Positions 13,680 to 26,289 of a stretch of DNA of 64,000 bases are shown here, piece by piece (position 1 is the first letter of the stretch; each line of letters starts with the position of its first letter). Both the position numbers and the translations under genes were made by a program. Under the pieces are notes generated by a model, which searched no databases, was not told the origin of the DNA, and worked only from the letters and a program-made list of their open reading frames with translations. The stretch is from NCBI RefSeq assembly GCF_004010195.1, contig NC_057718.1, positions 38,507,821-38,571,820 of the forward strand. The letters are read 5' to 3'. The stretch comes from Chiloscyllium plagiosum. Taxonomy: Eukaryota.

Positions 13680-15060
13680 CTCATAGTGGAATATCTATGA
13701 TTTTCTTTGGAGCAGTTTGTGGTCGAGCCCACTAGAACAGGCAATTTTGAATTTGGTGACGTTTAATGAGGCAGACCAGATTAAGGAGCTTAAGATGAAG
13801 GAACCCCTGGGGGGCAGTGATTGTAATATGATAGAATTCATGCTACAGTTTGAGAGGGAGAAGCTGGAATCAGGTGTAAAATGGCATTACAGTTCAGTAA
13901 AGGTAACTACAAAGACATGAAGAAGGAGCTGGCTAGAGTTGATTTGAAGGAAAGATGGTGGAGCAGCAATGGCAGGCATATCTGGGGGTAATTTGGGAGA
14001 CACCGCAGAAATTCATTCCAAAGAAGAAGAAGAATACTAAGGAGAGCATAAGTCAACCATGGCTGATGAGAGAAGTAGGGAACAGCATAAAAGCAAAATA
14101 AAAAGCATACAATGTGGTGAAGATTGAGGAGGAAGCCAGCAGAGCATAACTAAAAAAGCAATCCGGGAGGAGAAGGTGAAATATGAGAGTAAGCTAGCTA
14201 GTAATATAAATGAAGATTGCAAAAGTTTTGTTTTAGATATCTAAAAGGTAAGAGAGAGGCAAGAGTTGACATTGGGCCATTGGAAAATGAGGTTGGAGAA
14301 GTAGTAATGGGGAACAAACAAAATGGCGGAGAAACCGAAGAGGTACTTTGCATCTGTTTTCACAGTGGAAGACAATACTAGCAAACCAGAACTTTGAGAG
14401 TCGGGGCAGAGGTGAGTGCAGTGGACATCACTAAAGGGAAGCTGAAAGGTCTAAAGGTGGAAAAATAATTTGAACCAGATAGACTACGCTGAAGAAGATA
14501 GCTGAGAGATTGTAGAGACATTGGTAGTAATCATTCAGAAATCAGTGGAGTCAGAGAGGGTCCTAGAGGATTGGAATGTAACATCCCTGTTTAAGAAGGG
14601 AGAGAGGCAGAAGACAGGAAACTGTAGGCCGGTTAGCCTGACCTCAGTCGTTAGTATGATTTTAGAGTCTATTATTAAGGATGAGATTATGGAGTACTTG
14701 GAAGTACATGGTAAAATAGGACTGAGTCAGCATGGCTTTATCAAGGGGAGGTTGTGCCTGACAAATATGATAGAATTCTTTGAGGAGTTAATGAGTTAGT
14801 TAGACAATGGAGAACCAGTTATTGTGATCTATTTGGATTTCTGGAAGGCCATGACAAGGTGCTGCCCATGAGTCTGAAAAATAAGAAACGATCCTGTGAT
14901 GTTAGGGGCAAGGTACTGACATGGATAGAGGATTGGCTGACTAACGGAAGGCAGAGTGCAGGGATACCACAGCTATTGGTGTAGGGAGTGTAGGGAGACC
15001 ACAGCTATTTAAGTTATATGTCAACGATCTGGGCTAAGAAATTGAGGATATTGCAGTGAC
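13680..15060 (+). mobile_element. Decayed CR1 LINE (endonuclease end to RT)
   Basis: EPLGGSDCNMIEF, NCRPVSLTSVV and SQHGFIKGRLCLTN motifs. Confidence 0.85.
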
Positions 15061-16402
15061 TATAAAGGTCACAAATATTCTCAACATTCTCCATAACCTT
15101 TCATCCCAGGTCAAGGTTTAGACTACAATTTTTAATATTCATTGTTTCAATATGTCTTGTTTATGGCTATGGTTGCCTATAATTCCAGTCATCAATAATT
15201 CTGTAACTGCCAGATATATTAGTTTACCAAAGGCTTTGTGGAAGCATTTTGGCATTCAGGACTTTAGATATGGTATATTCCTCAAGAATAGGTAGATGTT
15301 CAATTAAATGGGATGTTTGAATTGAACAGAATGGCTTGATTCATTGATTTATACAAACATGTCAAATGACTTTCATCTAAAGACAATTTGTAACGATCAA
15401 ACAATCTTCAAGACCTTGCTAAACTACATATGACTATTTTTTGTGCTCAGGTATGATAATCAGCCAGACTGAAGCATGCATTAAAAAAATGTGCAAAAGT
15501 ATCACCTGTGTTGTAACAACAGTAAAAAAATCAAAATGAATAAAAATGCTTTGTTTTCTCACAGGCACCACATATGTGCATGAGAGTTAAATACTAAAGA
15601 AGAGTGAGGGTGATCTGATCAAGGTATTTAAAATTCTGAAAGGTTCTGATTGGGTCAATGTGGAGAAGAATTCTCTATTTGCAAGTGAGAACAGAATTAG
15701 GGACCATCACACCACTATAAAATAATCAATAATAATGCCAATAGAAAATTCTGGAAAAATAGCTTGGGGGTGTTAGATACATGGAAATTGTTATAGTGAA
15801 GAGCAGTTGATGTGAATAGCATTGATACATTTATGTGGAAGCTGGATAAATACTTAAAGGAAAAAGGAATAGCTTGATGGGTAGAATAAAAGGAGCATCT
15901 GTCAAGCCTAAACATTGGCATGAACATGTTGGGCTGCATGTTTTGTGCTGTAAATATTAGGCATGTTGTTATGCAACATTTAATTAGTGTGTGTTGGGAA
16001 GTCATGCTTTATGAAAAAAAATAACTTTATGAACTGCCTGCCTTGAAACCATGAACTTAAATTTTAGTAAGTCACATTCTATTAACTTGAAATCATGACA
16101 GAAGATGACTACATATGTGCATCATTGCATCTTTCACGTTCTATGGCCATTAAGTGGCCATTTTTGAAAAGCCTCACGAGGAGTGATTCCCTTGAAGAAA
16201 TTGAATGAGGGTCATCTACTTTCTCATAAGGGCATCAAAACCTTCACCTGGATAGTCAACTGAGTGGAGGCAAACTATTAAATGTAATCACTTAAATAAT
16301 GGGACTCTGGCTGTGAATGGAATGAGCATAGATGTAATTCAACCATACCTGGAATCCACTATGCCACAAGCAAATTTGGGGTAACTGGGCCATTGGAGAG
16401 AG

Positions 16403-16629
16403 AGAAAGTGAGGACTGCAGTTACTGGAGATCAGAGCTGAAAAATGTGTTGCTGGAAAAGTGCAGCAAGTCAGGCAGCATCCAATGAGCAGGAGAATCGA
16501 CTTTTTGGGCATAAGCCCTTCTTCAGGAATCAGGAATCCTGAAGAAGGGCTTATGCCCGAAACGTCAATTCTCCTGCTCCTTGGATACTGCTTGACATGC
16601 TACGCTTTTCCAGCAACACATTTTTCAGC
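16403..16629. mobile_element. Penelope-derived fold-back (inverted pLTR) element with hammerhead core at 16539-16566
   Basis: Inverted arms of ~90 bp spanning 16436-16629. Right arm reads CTGAAGA AGGGC TTAT GCCC GAAA CGTC. Confidence 0.8.
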
Positions 16630-17361
16630 ATTGGAGAGCAAGGGTTACGTGACAAGTATTTAAAATCATAAAGTCATTAAGCATACAAAGAGTATAGAAA
16701 CAGGCCCTTAACCCACCAAGGACCTGTTTTCTGTTCAGACCAAGCACATAAAATGCTGAAGAAATAAGAAAGTTGTGTGGGAGTCTCTTCACACAAATTA
16801 CAGGTTTCGAACTATGTCCGCTGCTTTTTTTTGACTCTCCGTGTGTTGCAGAATGAAATTTTACAAAGGAACTCAACCTAGCAATTGCTATCTTCAAAAC
16901 AGCAGGTGCATCATTTGCCTACATCTTTAAATCCCCTCAATGTCAAACTCTGGATGGGGGATTATTATAGGGGGCTGACTGAACTATGCTGAAATTTGTG
17001 GCAGCTTCAGATGGGAAGTCCAGGGAGGAGTATCCTGGCGTTGGGAGCATCTTGTGTCATATTTTATGTTTTTGACAAGTGACACAGTAAGTTTCTTAGT
17101 ATGCAGTATCAAGTTTCCAGTTAAGGGGATTTATTCCTTTTTAAATGCCTTGTTAATGGACCAACTCAACTCATTAATATTCAGTTTGTTATCATATTAA
17201 AAGCATCAAAAAATCTGTGCATCAAGAAAGCTTGGCATGTGAACTCATACTGTTATAAGAAGACAAATGTGGAGGTTTGTGAGTGCAAAGGACATAGAAT
17301 ATCTTTCTAAGAGTACTCAAAATGAAAACCTTACCTGCAATCATTTAGCAATTTTAAGTTG

Positions 17362-18079
17362 TGTTGCGACAATGGGTAAACCCCTCTGCTAATTTAAACC
17401 CGATGCACAAAGAAGCTCACCTCACGCTGTAATCTATTAAATTTTAAGAGGCAAAGAACTATCCTTGAGGTCACTATTTAAAGTAATAATTAACAATTTT
17501 ATTCTTTAAGTCCAACAGAGAATATTAAAACCAACAACTATTTATAACTCCTTTCTCTAAGCCTATCGTTTACTTCCCCACTCTACAACTGGTCCGATTA
17601 AAAACCCCGGTTAAGATTTACTAAAAAACAATTCAAATTTCAAAACTAGCCATCTGTCGAATCTTCTCTTTGTGTCTTCCTCTGTAGATTTTCCTCTGTC
17701 GTCTTTTCTTCAGTATTCTGCTTCACAGGTCTTTCAGAGAGCTGTTCGGCTGGCAGTCTATACTTGTTGATGTTCTTGGCAGTTCTCCTTCTAACTATTC
17801 AAAATGTCCGATTTTATACTCCAAAACATTGGATTATTTCATTGGTTTGAAGTCCTCCCAAACAGTAAAATTCAAATTCGATTGGATTTTGGTATCTGGG
17901 GTATAATTTAAACTGATTAGCCGAATTTGAATTTATTTTTATTCCATGGCAACACAGAACCAGCTATTTGTGTCAAATAAATGTTACATTTTTACCTTGT
18001 TCAGAACACTCTGTCAGTCAGTCCTTGCTAGCTTACTCTCTCTTTTAAAGGAACAGTACACCTCTATACTTTCATAATA
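17362..18079. mobile_element. Solo LTR (probably Gypsy-type)
   Basis: Termini TGTTGCGA...TCATAATA (TG...CA with the end mutated), flanked by a 4-bp direct repeat GTTG (17358-17361 and 18080-18083). 718 bp, non-coding. Confidence 0.7.
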
Positions 18080-18119
18080 GTTGCATTACCTTTTCAAACT
18101 TGTAATAAGCAAACTGGAT

Positions 18120-19040
18120 AATAGGAATCCTGGGGATCTAGTATATCTGGACCTCAAGAAAGCATTTGATAGGGTGCTACACAAAAGATTAATACATAAG
18201 ATCACATGGGGTTAGGAGTGATTTATTAGCTTAGAGGATTGGGTAACCAACAGAAAGCAGAGTGTTAGGATAAATATCTCTTTTTCTGGGGGGGGGGGGA
18301 TTGGTCCTCGGACTCCAACTATTTATAATTTAAATTATTTAGATGCGGGGTTAGAAAGTACTATAGCCAAATTTGCTGATGACATTAAAATGAGTGGGAA
18401 AGTAAATTGCAATGAAGAAATATGAAATTTAAACATTTTTATGGACAGTTTATGTGAATGCAATTGGCAGATGAAGTTTAATGTGGATAAATGTGAGGTT
18501 ATCTATTATGGCCAGAGCAATAGAAAGGCAACCTATCTAACTGGAAAAAAAATTCAGAATGCTTCAGTGCAGAGCGATCTGGGTGTCCTTGTGCAACCTA
18601 GTGTGCAGCTACAGCAGATATTAAGGAGGGCAGATGGAATTTTGGCATTTATTGTTGAAAAAATAGAGTATAAAAATAAGTAAGTGTTGCTGCAACTGTA
18701 CAAGGTATTAGTGAGACCACATCTGGAGTATTGCATACAATTTTGCTCCCCTTACTTGAGGAGAGATGTAGTTGTGATGGAGGCACATAAAGGAGGTTCA
18801 CTAAATGATTCCAAAGATGAAGGGTTTGTCTTGTGAATAGAGATCAAGTATTTAGCCCTATACTCTCTGGAGTTTAGAAGAACGAGAGGAGATCTAATTG
18901 AGGTATATAAGATGGTAAAGAAGTTTGGCAGAGTAAGCATAGAAAGGATATTTCCTCACATGGGTTATCTAAAATGACAGATCATAGTTTTAGGATAGAG
19001 GGTAGCAGATCTGAAAAAGAGATGAGGAGAAAATACTACT
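18120..19040 (+). mobile_element. Decayed CR1 LINE fragment
   Basis: KFADD, WQMKFNVDKCEV, RPHLEYC and RGDLIEVYK remnants. Confidence 0.8.
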
Positions 19041-19296
19041 CTTTTGATTTTCATATGCTTACAGGGAGCAAGTATTTGCTTTAATGGTAGTGTTTCTACC
19101 TCTGAGTTGTAAATTGCTGCAGACAGTGCTGGTGAGTGGAGATTAAAGATCCTTCTCTGAATTCTGGATTGCCATCATTGAGATACTTACGTCAGTCGCT
19201 TTGAGTGGTCCCACAAGTTGTACGAGTTGTGGGAGTCCATTAAAAACTTCTGCCTAAAAGGACTAACTTCCATATTAGTTAGTATAAAAGATGATT

Positions 19297-19630
19297 AGAA
19301 TTTCTACAGTGTGGAAACAGGTCCTTTGACCCAACAAGTCCACACCGAACCTCTGAAGAGTAACTCATCCCGATCCATTCTCCAACTACTTAGCATTCAC
19401 CCCTGACTAATGCACCTAATCTGCACATCCCTCAACACTATGGGCAATTTTAGCATGGTCAATTCACATAACATGCACACCTTTGGATTACGAGAGGACA
19501 CCAGAGCACCAAAAGGAAACCTATGCAGACACGGAGAGAATGTACAAACTCCACATAGACAATTGCCTGCGGTGGGAATTGAACCCAGGTCCCGTGAAGC
19601 ACCAGTGCTAACCACTGAGCCATCATCCCA
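19297..19630 (-). mobile_element. HE1-type SINE
   Basis: Same body and tail as 10279-10616. Confidence 0.85.
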
Positions 19631-20036
19631 CCTTATAGTCACACACAGAAAGTGTTAATTTAGAGGTATATTAGAATGTCAATGCAAAACCTTGTACTAA
19701 TTCACAATATTGTCCAAAAGTTCTAGTGTGAAGAAGTGAAAAGTTGTCTTTATATATGCCTATAGGCAGACTTTTTCATATTCTCCTAGGCTTTCTAATC
19801 TGGTTTTGGTTCTCATATATGCTTTTGGAATTTGTTCTGATATTCTGCATTCATAGCTTTACGTTTATCATATGGTCCTTTCTTAAATTCAATTTTTGAC
19901 ATAATTTAATTAAACTGTAGATTGCTTAGCTGATCCTTCTAATCATGGTCAGAATGTTTTTAATTGGTATCCTATCCATTTAGGATTTATCTATTTCTCA
20001 GTGCTGATCTACCTTATTGTTACTAAATTTTTGTTG

Positions 20037-20612
20037 AGAGTGTGTTGCTGGGAAAGCACAGCAGGTCAGGCAGCATATGAGGAGCAGGAGAATTGACATT
20101 TTGGGCATAAGCCCTTCATCAGGAATGAGGCTAGTGGACGGGGGCTGAGGGAGAAATAGGAAGGGGGTGGGTAGGTAGCTGAGAAAGCAATAGGTGGATG
20201 AAGGTGAGGGAGAAAGTGATAGGTCAGAACGGGGAGTGCTGGACAGGTCCGGAAAGTGGTACTGAGTTGGAGGCTTGGGACTGGGATAATGTGTGGGAGG
20301 GGAAATGAGGAAGATGTTGAAATCCACATTTATCCCATGTGGTTGCAGGGTCCCAAGGTGGAATATGAGGTGTTCTGCCTCTAGGTGTTGGATGGTAACA
20401 GTTTGACGGTGGAGGAGCCCAAGGACTTGCATGTACTTGACGGAGTGGAAGGGGGAGGTGAGGTGTTCAGCCATGGGGCGGTGGGGTTGGTGGGTGCGGG
20501 TGTCCTAGAGATGTTCTCTGAAACTATCTGCAAGAAGATGTCCTGTCTCCCCAATGTAGAGGAGACCACACCAGGTGCAACGGATGCAGTAGATGACATT
20601 GGTAGAAGTACA
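20037..20612 (-). mobile_element. Penelope-like retroelement 3' fragment (GIY-YIG endonuclease and pLTR)
   Basis: Minus strand reads NVIYCIRCTWCGLLYIGETGHLLADSFREHL...EHLIFHLGTLQPHGINVDF, followed by the terminal repeat with CTGATGAAGGGCTTATGCCCAAAA. Confidence 0.88.
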
Positions 20613-23600
20613 GGTAAATTTTTGTTGAGCTAATTTCGGTTACACCGCGAAACCATTGCTTTTCTAGTCAACACATTTGATCATGATGACTTTGAATGCA
20701 ATGTGGATTGTTATCTCCTTGAGCTCTTAAGTGTTTTCCTACTTTCCAGTTGCTATCTTGTCCAATTGCTTTTTCAGGTCAAATATTGTTCTTTTTGAAA
20801 CAATACATTTTCTCTTAAGAAGTGGAGCATCTGCAATTATCTAATGGCATAAGGGAGCTAAAGCACTCTAGGTTAATAATGTTCAGATTGATAATTAAGT
20901 TCCTATTAATGTGATGAGGCATAGAGGGAAAACAGAGTATTTATGCATTTCATTCTAAAGGAAACTGCCCTTTATTCACCTGAGCTACTAGATATGGAAA
21001 CCTGAATCACTTGTTATTAAAGACACATCCACACTGATGGATTGCATTGTAGAGTCCTCACAATTACATATCAAACTGAAGTTAAGTAAGTGACAATGGT
21101 CTGTATGTCAAAAATTGATATTTTGTTTGGAAAGAAATAATCCTTTAATCCAGGAACATAAATATAACTTCAAGTTCGGAAGTATCACATTATGTATTGT
21201 GCTGAAGTGGACTATTATATCAGTTGTATAATGTAAAAGTAAATATTTTATTGTTTGAACTCTTATACAATGCTGGTAGAAGCTTTAACAATTTTATTTG
21301 TAAGATTTTATTGGAACTAATCTGCAACCATTAGAAGTTTGAACATCATACATTTAGAGATGGATCATTTGTAATATGCAATGCTGTTGGGAACAAAAAC
21401 ATTTTGTGGAAAGTAGATGATTCCATGCAGAGCATAGCAAAACCTGGCAGTTGAATAAAGTACTATAATTGAGTAAAAGGCAAGAGATAAGAACAACCAA
21501 AAGGGAAATTCAGCCCCTACAATTTGTTACTTGCAATTAGAGCAATTTTGAGATCTAACATGTTAACATAAGTAAAACCAGTAAAACAATTGAACAACAA
21601 AATTCTGTGTAGGCTGCTGACAATTTGAAATAAAAAGAAGCATTAAAACTCAGAAAACAATTGGGTTAGGCAGCATCTGTGAAAAGAATAACTGAGTTTT
21701 GTTTCACTATTATGGGGAGTTTATTGTTGTATTTTATCACAGATTATTTAACTGTTCTTTTTAATATTTTTGTCATCTTTTTAAGTAAGAGTATTTGCTT
21801 TCAAAAATCAAAGTGAAATCTCATGTCAATATAAGAAATGTATGACAGGCAATAGCAAAGATTTTGCGATTTGTTAACCTGGTTAGAGTTCTTGACAAGA
21901 ATAAACAATTTTGTAGGTTTTATGAATTGGCAATCACTCTGAGATCAAACCTAGTTGCTAGTAGATTCAGGCTTGTAAATATCTGAGTAATTTCAGAAAC
22001 ATTTTTATGGTTTCTTTACTAAGCTAACACTAATGCAAATAACTTTGAAGTATGCTATTGTACACATTTGAGACATTTAAGAATAAACACTGTTACTCAA
22101 ACAGAAAACTAATTTTAAATGACTACAGTATTTCAGAGTCTCAACATTTTCCAAGACAAAATAACAATACTTCAAATTGAGATATCTACTTTATTTACAT
22201 TTAGGAAAAACACTATTTTCTGCCATGCTTTCAGTTTACACTTGAATGACTGAAAAAATGGGTATTGCACTGATCGAATGGAAGTTTGCTATTTGCAACT
22301 AATTTACAAAATCAGCTCAAAATCATGATTATGTATAGCTCCAGGTGTAGATTTAAATGTGCAAGATGCACCTTACTAGTGGAAATGGAGATAAATGATA
22401 GAATGGATAATTTTTCTATCAGTTAATAAATGAAAAATATGACAAGTTAGAAAATAATGTGACACTTCTCTCTATGTACAATTGACACACAAATATTAAC
22501 TGGTGTGTACAGAAATAAAATAAAGACTTTTAATTAACTTGGCATACTTACCTATCAAAAACTGAGATGCCAAGACCATGTCTTCACTCCAGCTCAATTA
22601 TCCACTGTTCTTACAATTCTTTTTATGGTATTCTGCTACAGGCAGTGCCAATGTTGTGTTGACTGATCACTATGCTTTCACAATTTTCAATATGCTGTAG
22701 ATACAGATGCTCTCTTTCAAAATCAAAATCACACCTAAATGGCAAAGAAACAGATCCATTACAATGCTATTGAAATTATTAACAAGCCATACAAAATAGG
22801 CTAGATCAAAACTGATAGACTACAATGTAATGCATTGGTATATGAGGTACCAGAAAATAATTCAGTCGCAAATGGGAACCAAAGGATTATTGATTGTGGA
22901 CAAGAATACTGACAACACAACAGAACAACAAAGAAAAGTAAGCACTAGCAGAAATCCAAAATACAAAGGAACAGTGCAAGAGAAAATTTCATATTACAAA
23001 ATAATTGTTGACTCCTATAAAGCTGATTAAATATTAGTAGTCAAAAGACATGCTAAAACATCTAGTTAGTTTTATAACAGTCCTTATTTAAATTTATAGA
23101 TAGCTACATTAATTTAACCATGAAATGTGTTTTCATCCTTAAGTTACAATTTAAAAATGATATAAATATGCATTTCAGCATTTTGAAACTGAAAGTATTG
23201 AAAAGTTGATATCTGTGACTGTTTAGGTCTGTTCATAAATATTTATTAGAAGTGCTATCATAATTCTATTTGAAACAGATGCTGTATGAATAATATGTAC
23301 TGTAAAATACTACTATTGAGAGCAGCTTTCCTGTAAATTGAAGTTCACTTTCCAGCCATAACTCTTTCACCTCACTACTGCACCTCACATAAAAAAGAAG
23401 AAATAGGCAAAGTATTTTATTATCCATTTTACACTATTGCACAATCAAAACCGTCCCTGTAGCGCATTTTGTGAAGCTGTATATTTTTATAGTGTTAGCA
23501 CTTCAAACAACTTGAATTGCCAATCTGTGAGACCACAGTTTTGTTTTCTGGTTTTATGAAAGGGAAATTGCACTGGCAAATTTATTGGAGTTCTTTTGAG

Positions 23601-25159
23601 GACTAACAAGCAGGTGGATAAATGTATGTTTGAATTTTCAGAAGTCATCTGATAAAGTGCAACATAAAATGTAACTGCACTAGAAAACAGCCCATGCTTT
23701 TGGGTATATAATATTGGCTAATAAATATAAAATGGAGATAGATCATCTTCATATTGGGAAACTGTAACTAGTAGAATGTCACAGGAATTAGTGTTGAGGC
23801 CTCAAATATTTCTAATCTATATGAACTTTCTGAAGATAAAATAATCTAAGAAATCAAGTTGTGAAGGGAACAAGTTGGGTTTCCAGTTCATGGTCCTATG
23901 CTTGCTAAATGTCGGTATGTGATGTCTGACACAAGGAGGCAGTCAGGTAGTCGCCCAGTAATCTCTTTGTTGCCCCTGTGGTGAGTATGCAGGCATGAAA
24001 TGTGGCGAGCCTAATTTAATGGGGACATAGCAGCCATTAATTTCTATTCCATAGTCACTGGAGTCACTACCTTCCTAAAGGTGCTTTCAGAGCCCACCCC
24101 AGTAGAGCATCTTATTATCAGAGAGTGACAGGAGAAGGTCAGCCAGTCAAATGAAGCAAGCATGGTTAGAGGTGACTGAGATGAGCAACTGCAATGTTAT
24201 CAATGGTAAATGGGTATAGTGCATTAAATGCTTCAATAACCTTCTGAGGTCTGGCGAGGTGAGTACAATGCAATACTAAGTGCAGTTCCATAGTCAGTAG
24301 CAGACTTGTGAGCTGAGCAGCCTCTGGGCACATATATGGTCACTGTTCTTGAACACTATGTGCTCAGATGCACTTCCTGAGCTGTTGATAAAAACCGATA
24401 TCATAGGCACTTGAAGATGCTACATCAGAGAATGACATTGCATGTGAGTGAACTACTGCATATGGTACTATGGTCTAGAGTCTGTCATTTGACGACGCAG
24501 GAAAAAAAGCTGGCATAGGGGGAGGCCAATGTGGTACTGTCATTTCTGGCCATTCACAGAAGGGTAACAACAGAGATGAAAGTGTCCAAATCAGAGTGAA
24601 AGGAAATCACTGGGTAATTGAAATGAAACTCCTTTTTTCTCTGTTTTCGGGATGCAGAAGCATCTATTGATAGAGGAGAGGTTTCTTAATCATTTTCTTA
24701 TATCTGTTGTAAGTCCAGTTTTGGAGGGGGAGCTTTAGTACACTGTGTGATGTTAGCAACTACTTAAGAGGAGGAAGATTCTTCTGAAGCAGTACAGGGA
24801 TATCAAACAAGTGCAGTTTCCACTAACATAGATGCACTAATCCTGCTGGGGTTTTATCCAAATTTAGAATTAGTGGCACAGGGTGACCAAAATTTCAAGA
24901 GCTAGCAAGAGGACATGAGAGAGGTAGAGATAACTCTGGTCACTTCTCCTTGGAAGATAGAAGGGAAACATAGCTAAGCTCAGTTGGGTGAAAATGCAGC
25001 ACCCGATAAGCCAAAAATAGGATGCCATGGGAGATATCTACACAGTGCTGGTATGTTTTGAGCAAGTGTAGAGTTTTGCATTGAGAAGAGTCTTTCTGTG
25101 ACATGCTCAACCAAATCTTAGGCATATGCATATATGAGTTCATCGACTGAAAGTGTTAT

Positions 25160-25510
25160 CTTTATTTATTCATGGCATATGACTGTTGCAAGCTAGGACA
25201 GCTTTTATTGCTCATTCCTAACTGTCTGGAGAAGGTGGTGGTGAGCTGTTATCTTGAACCTCTGCAGTCCATGTAACATAAGTATATCCAAAATACTTTA
25301 AGGAAGGAAGTTCCAAGATTTTGACCCAGTGACCATGAAGAAACAGTGACTTAATTTCAAATCAGGGTGGTGTGTGGTTTGGAGGGGAACATGTAGGTGG
25401 TCAGTTTTCCCATGTCTTTGCTGCCCTTGCCTTTCCGGATAGTAGAGGTCATAGGTTTGGAAGGTGCTGTCAAAGGAGCCTTAGTGAGTTACTGTAGTTC
25501 ATTTTCCAGA
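25160..25510 (-). mobile_element. 3' end of a second LINE family (CR1-clade-like); related copies at ~13435-13660 and ~26590-26935
   Basis: The three segments share ttattcatgg...ggtggtgagc...ttgaacc.ctgcagtccatg...ttcca...ttgaccca.tga. Family name uncertain. Confidence 0.6.
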
Positions 25511-26289
25511 TGTAGCCAACCTCCCAGAGAGACATTTGCACCATTACACTCAATAGGTTCAGAAACAGTACGCTAACATACACAAAGTAAATGTCACATC
25601 CTGTAGCATTGACTGGTCAATGGTACTGGTGGTACAGAAATATGAGGGTCTGCCAGTTGTGCTCTAGCTAGTGGTTCCCACAGTGTATGTTTGCCAGGAA
25701 AGGGCAGGGGCAGTCAGCAATGATGTTGAGGGGGCGCCAACAGTGACAGTTTCATTATTGGTGTTACTGTTACACTTGGCTTCTCTGATCTAGCAGTATC
25801 ACTGCAAGAAGGCTCCATGATTGAGGCTACTCCTGCCACAACACAGGTGTGGCCGTCTGTGCTGATGTCCCACTGGTAGTGTGAAGCTGAAGACAGTAAC
25901 TATAAGGATCTTAGTTGTGTTTAGCCCAAGCAAGCAGCCTGACCACCGTATTACACCTCAGCCAACAAACTGTAGGAGGCCAACTGTTATGGTCAGATGT
26001 TGTTGACTGTGTGGTTTCATTTTGTTGTGCTCAGGTTGGCTTATGATATGGCTGTGTGCTGTGGTGATGACCCAATATAATAAAATGGTTGATGATTGAA
26101 CCCAACCTTCTATGATTCCACTGTTTTAAGGCATCAAAATAATGCGCTTGTAGTGGTAAACAACACAATAGTCAACAGTCAGGGTCATTTTGTGGCCAGT
26201 GGCTTCTTACATTCCAGGAGTGTGGGGATAAAGAGAATATGCATCTTGGATGTGCTCGTTCCTTGTAAAAGAAGTGAATTCTAGGATGA

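Noticed and set aside
18288..18299. Poly-G run
   Set aside because: Homopolymer inside a decayed CR1, with no evidence of function.
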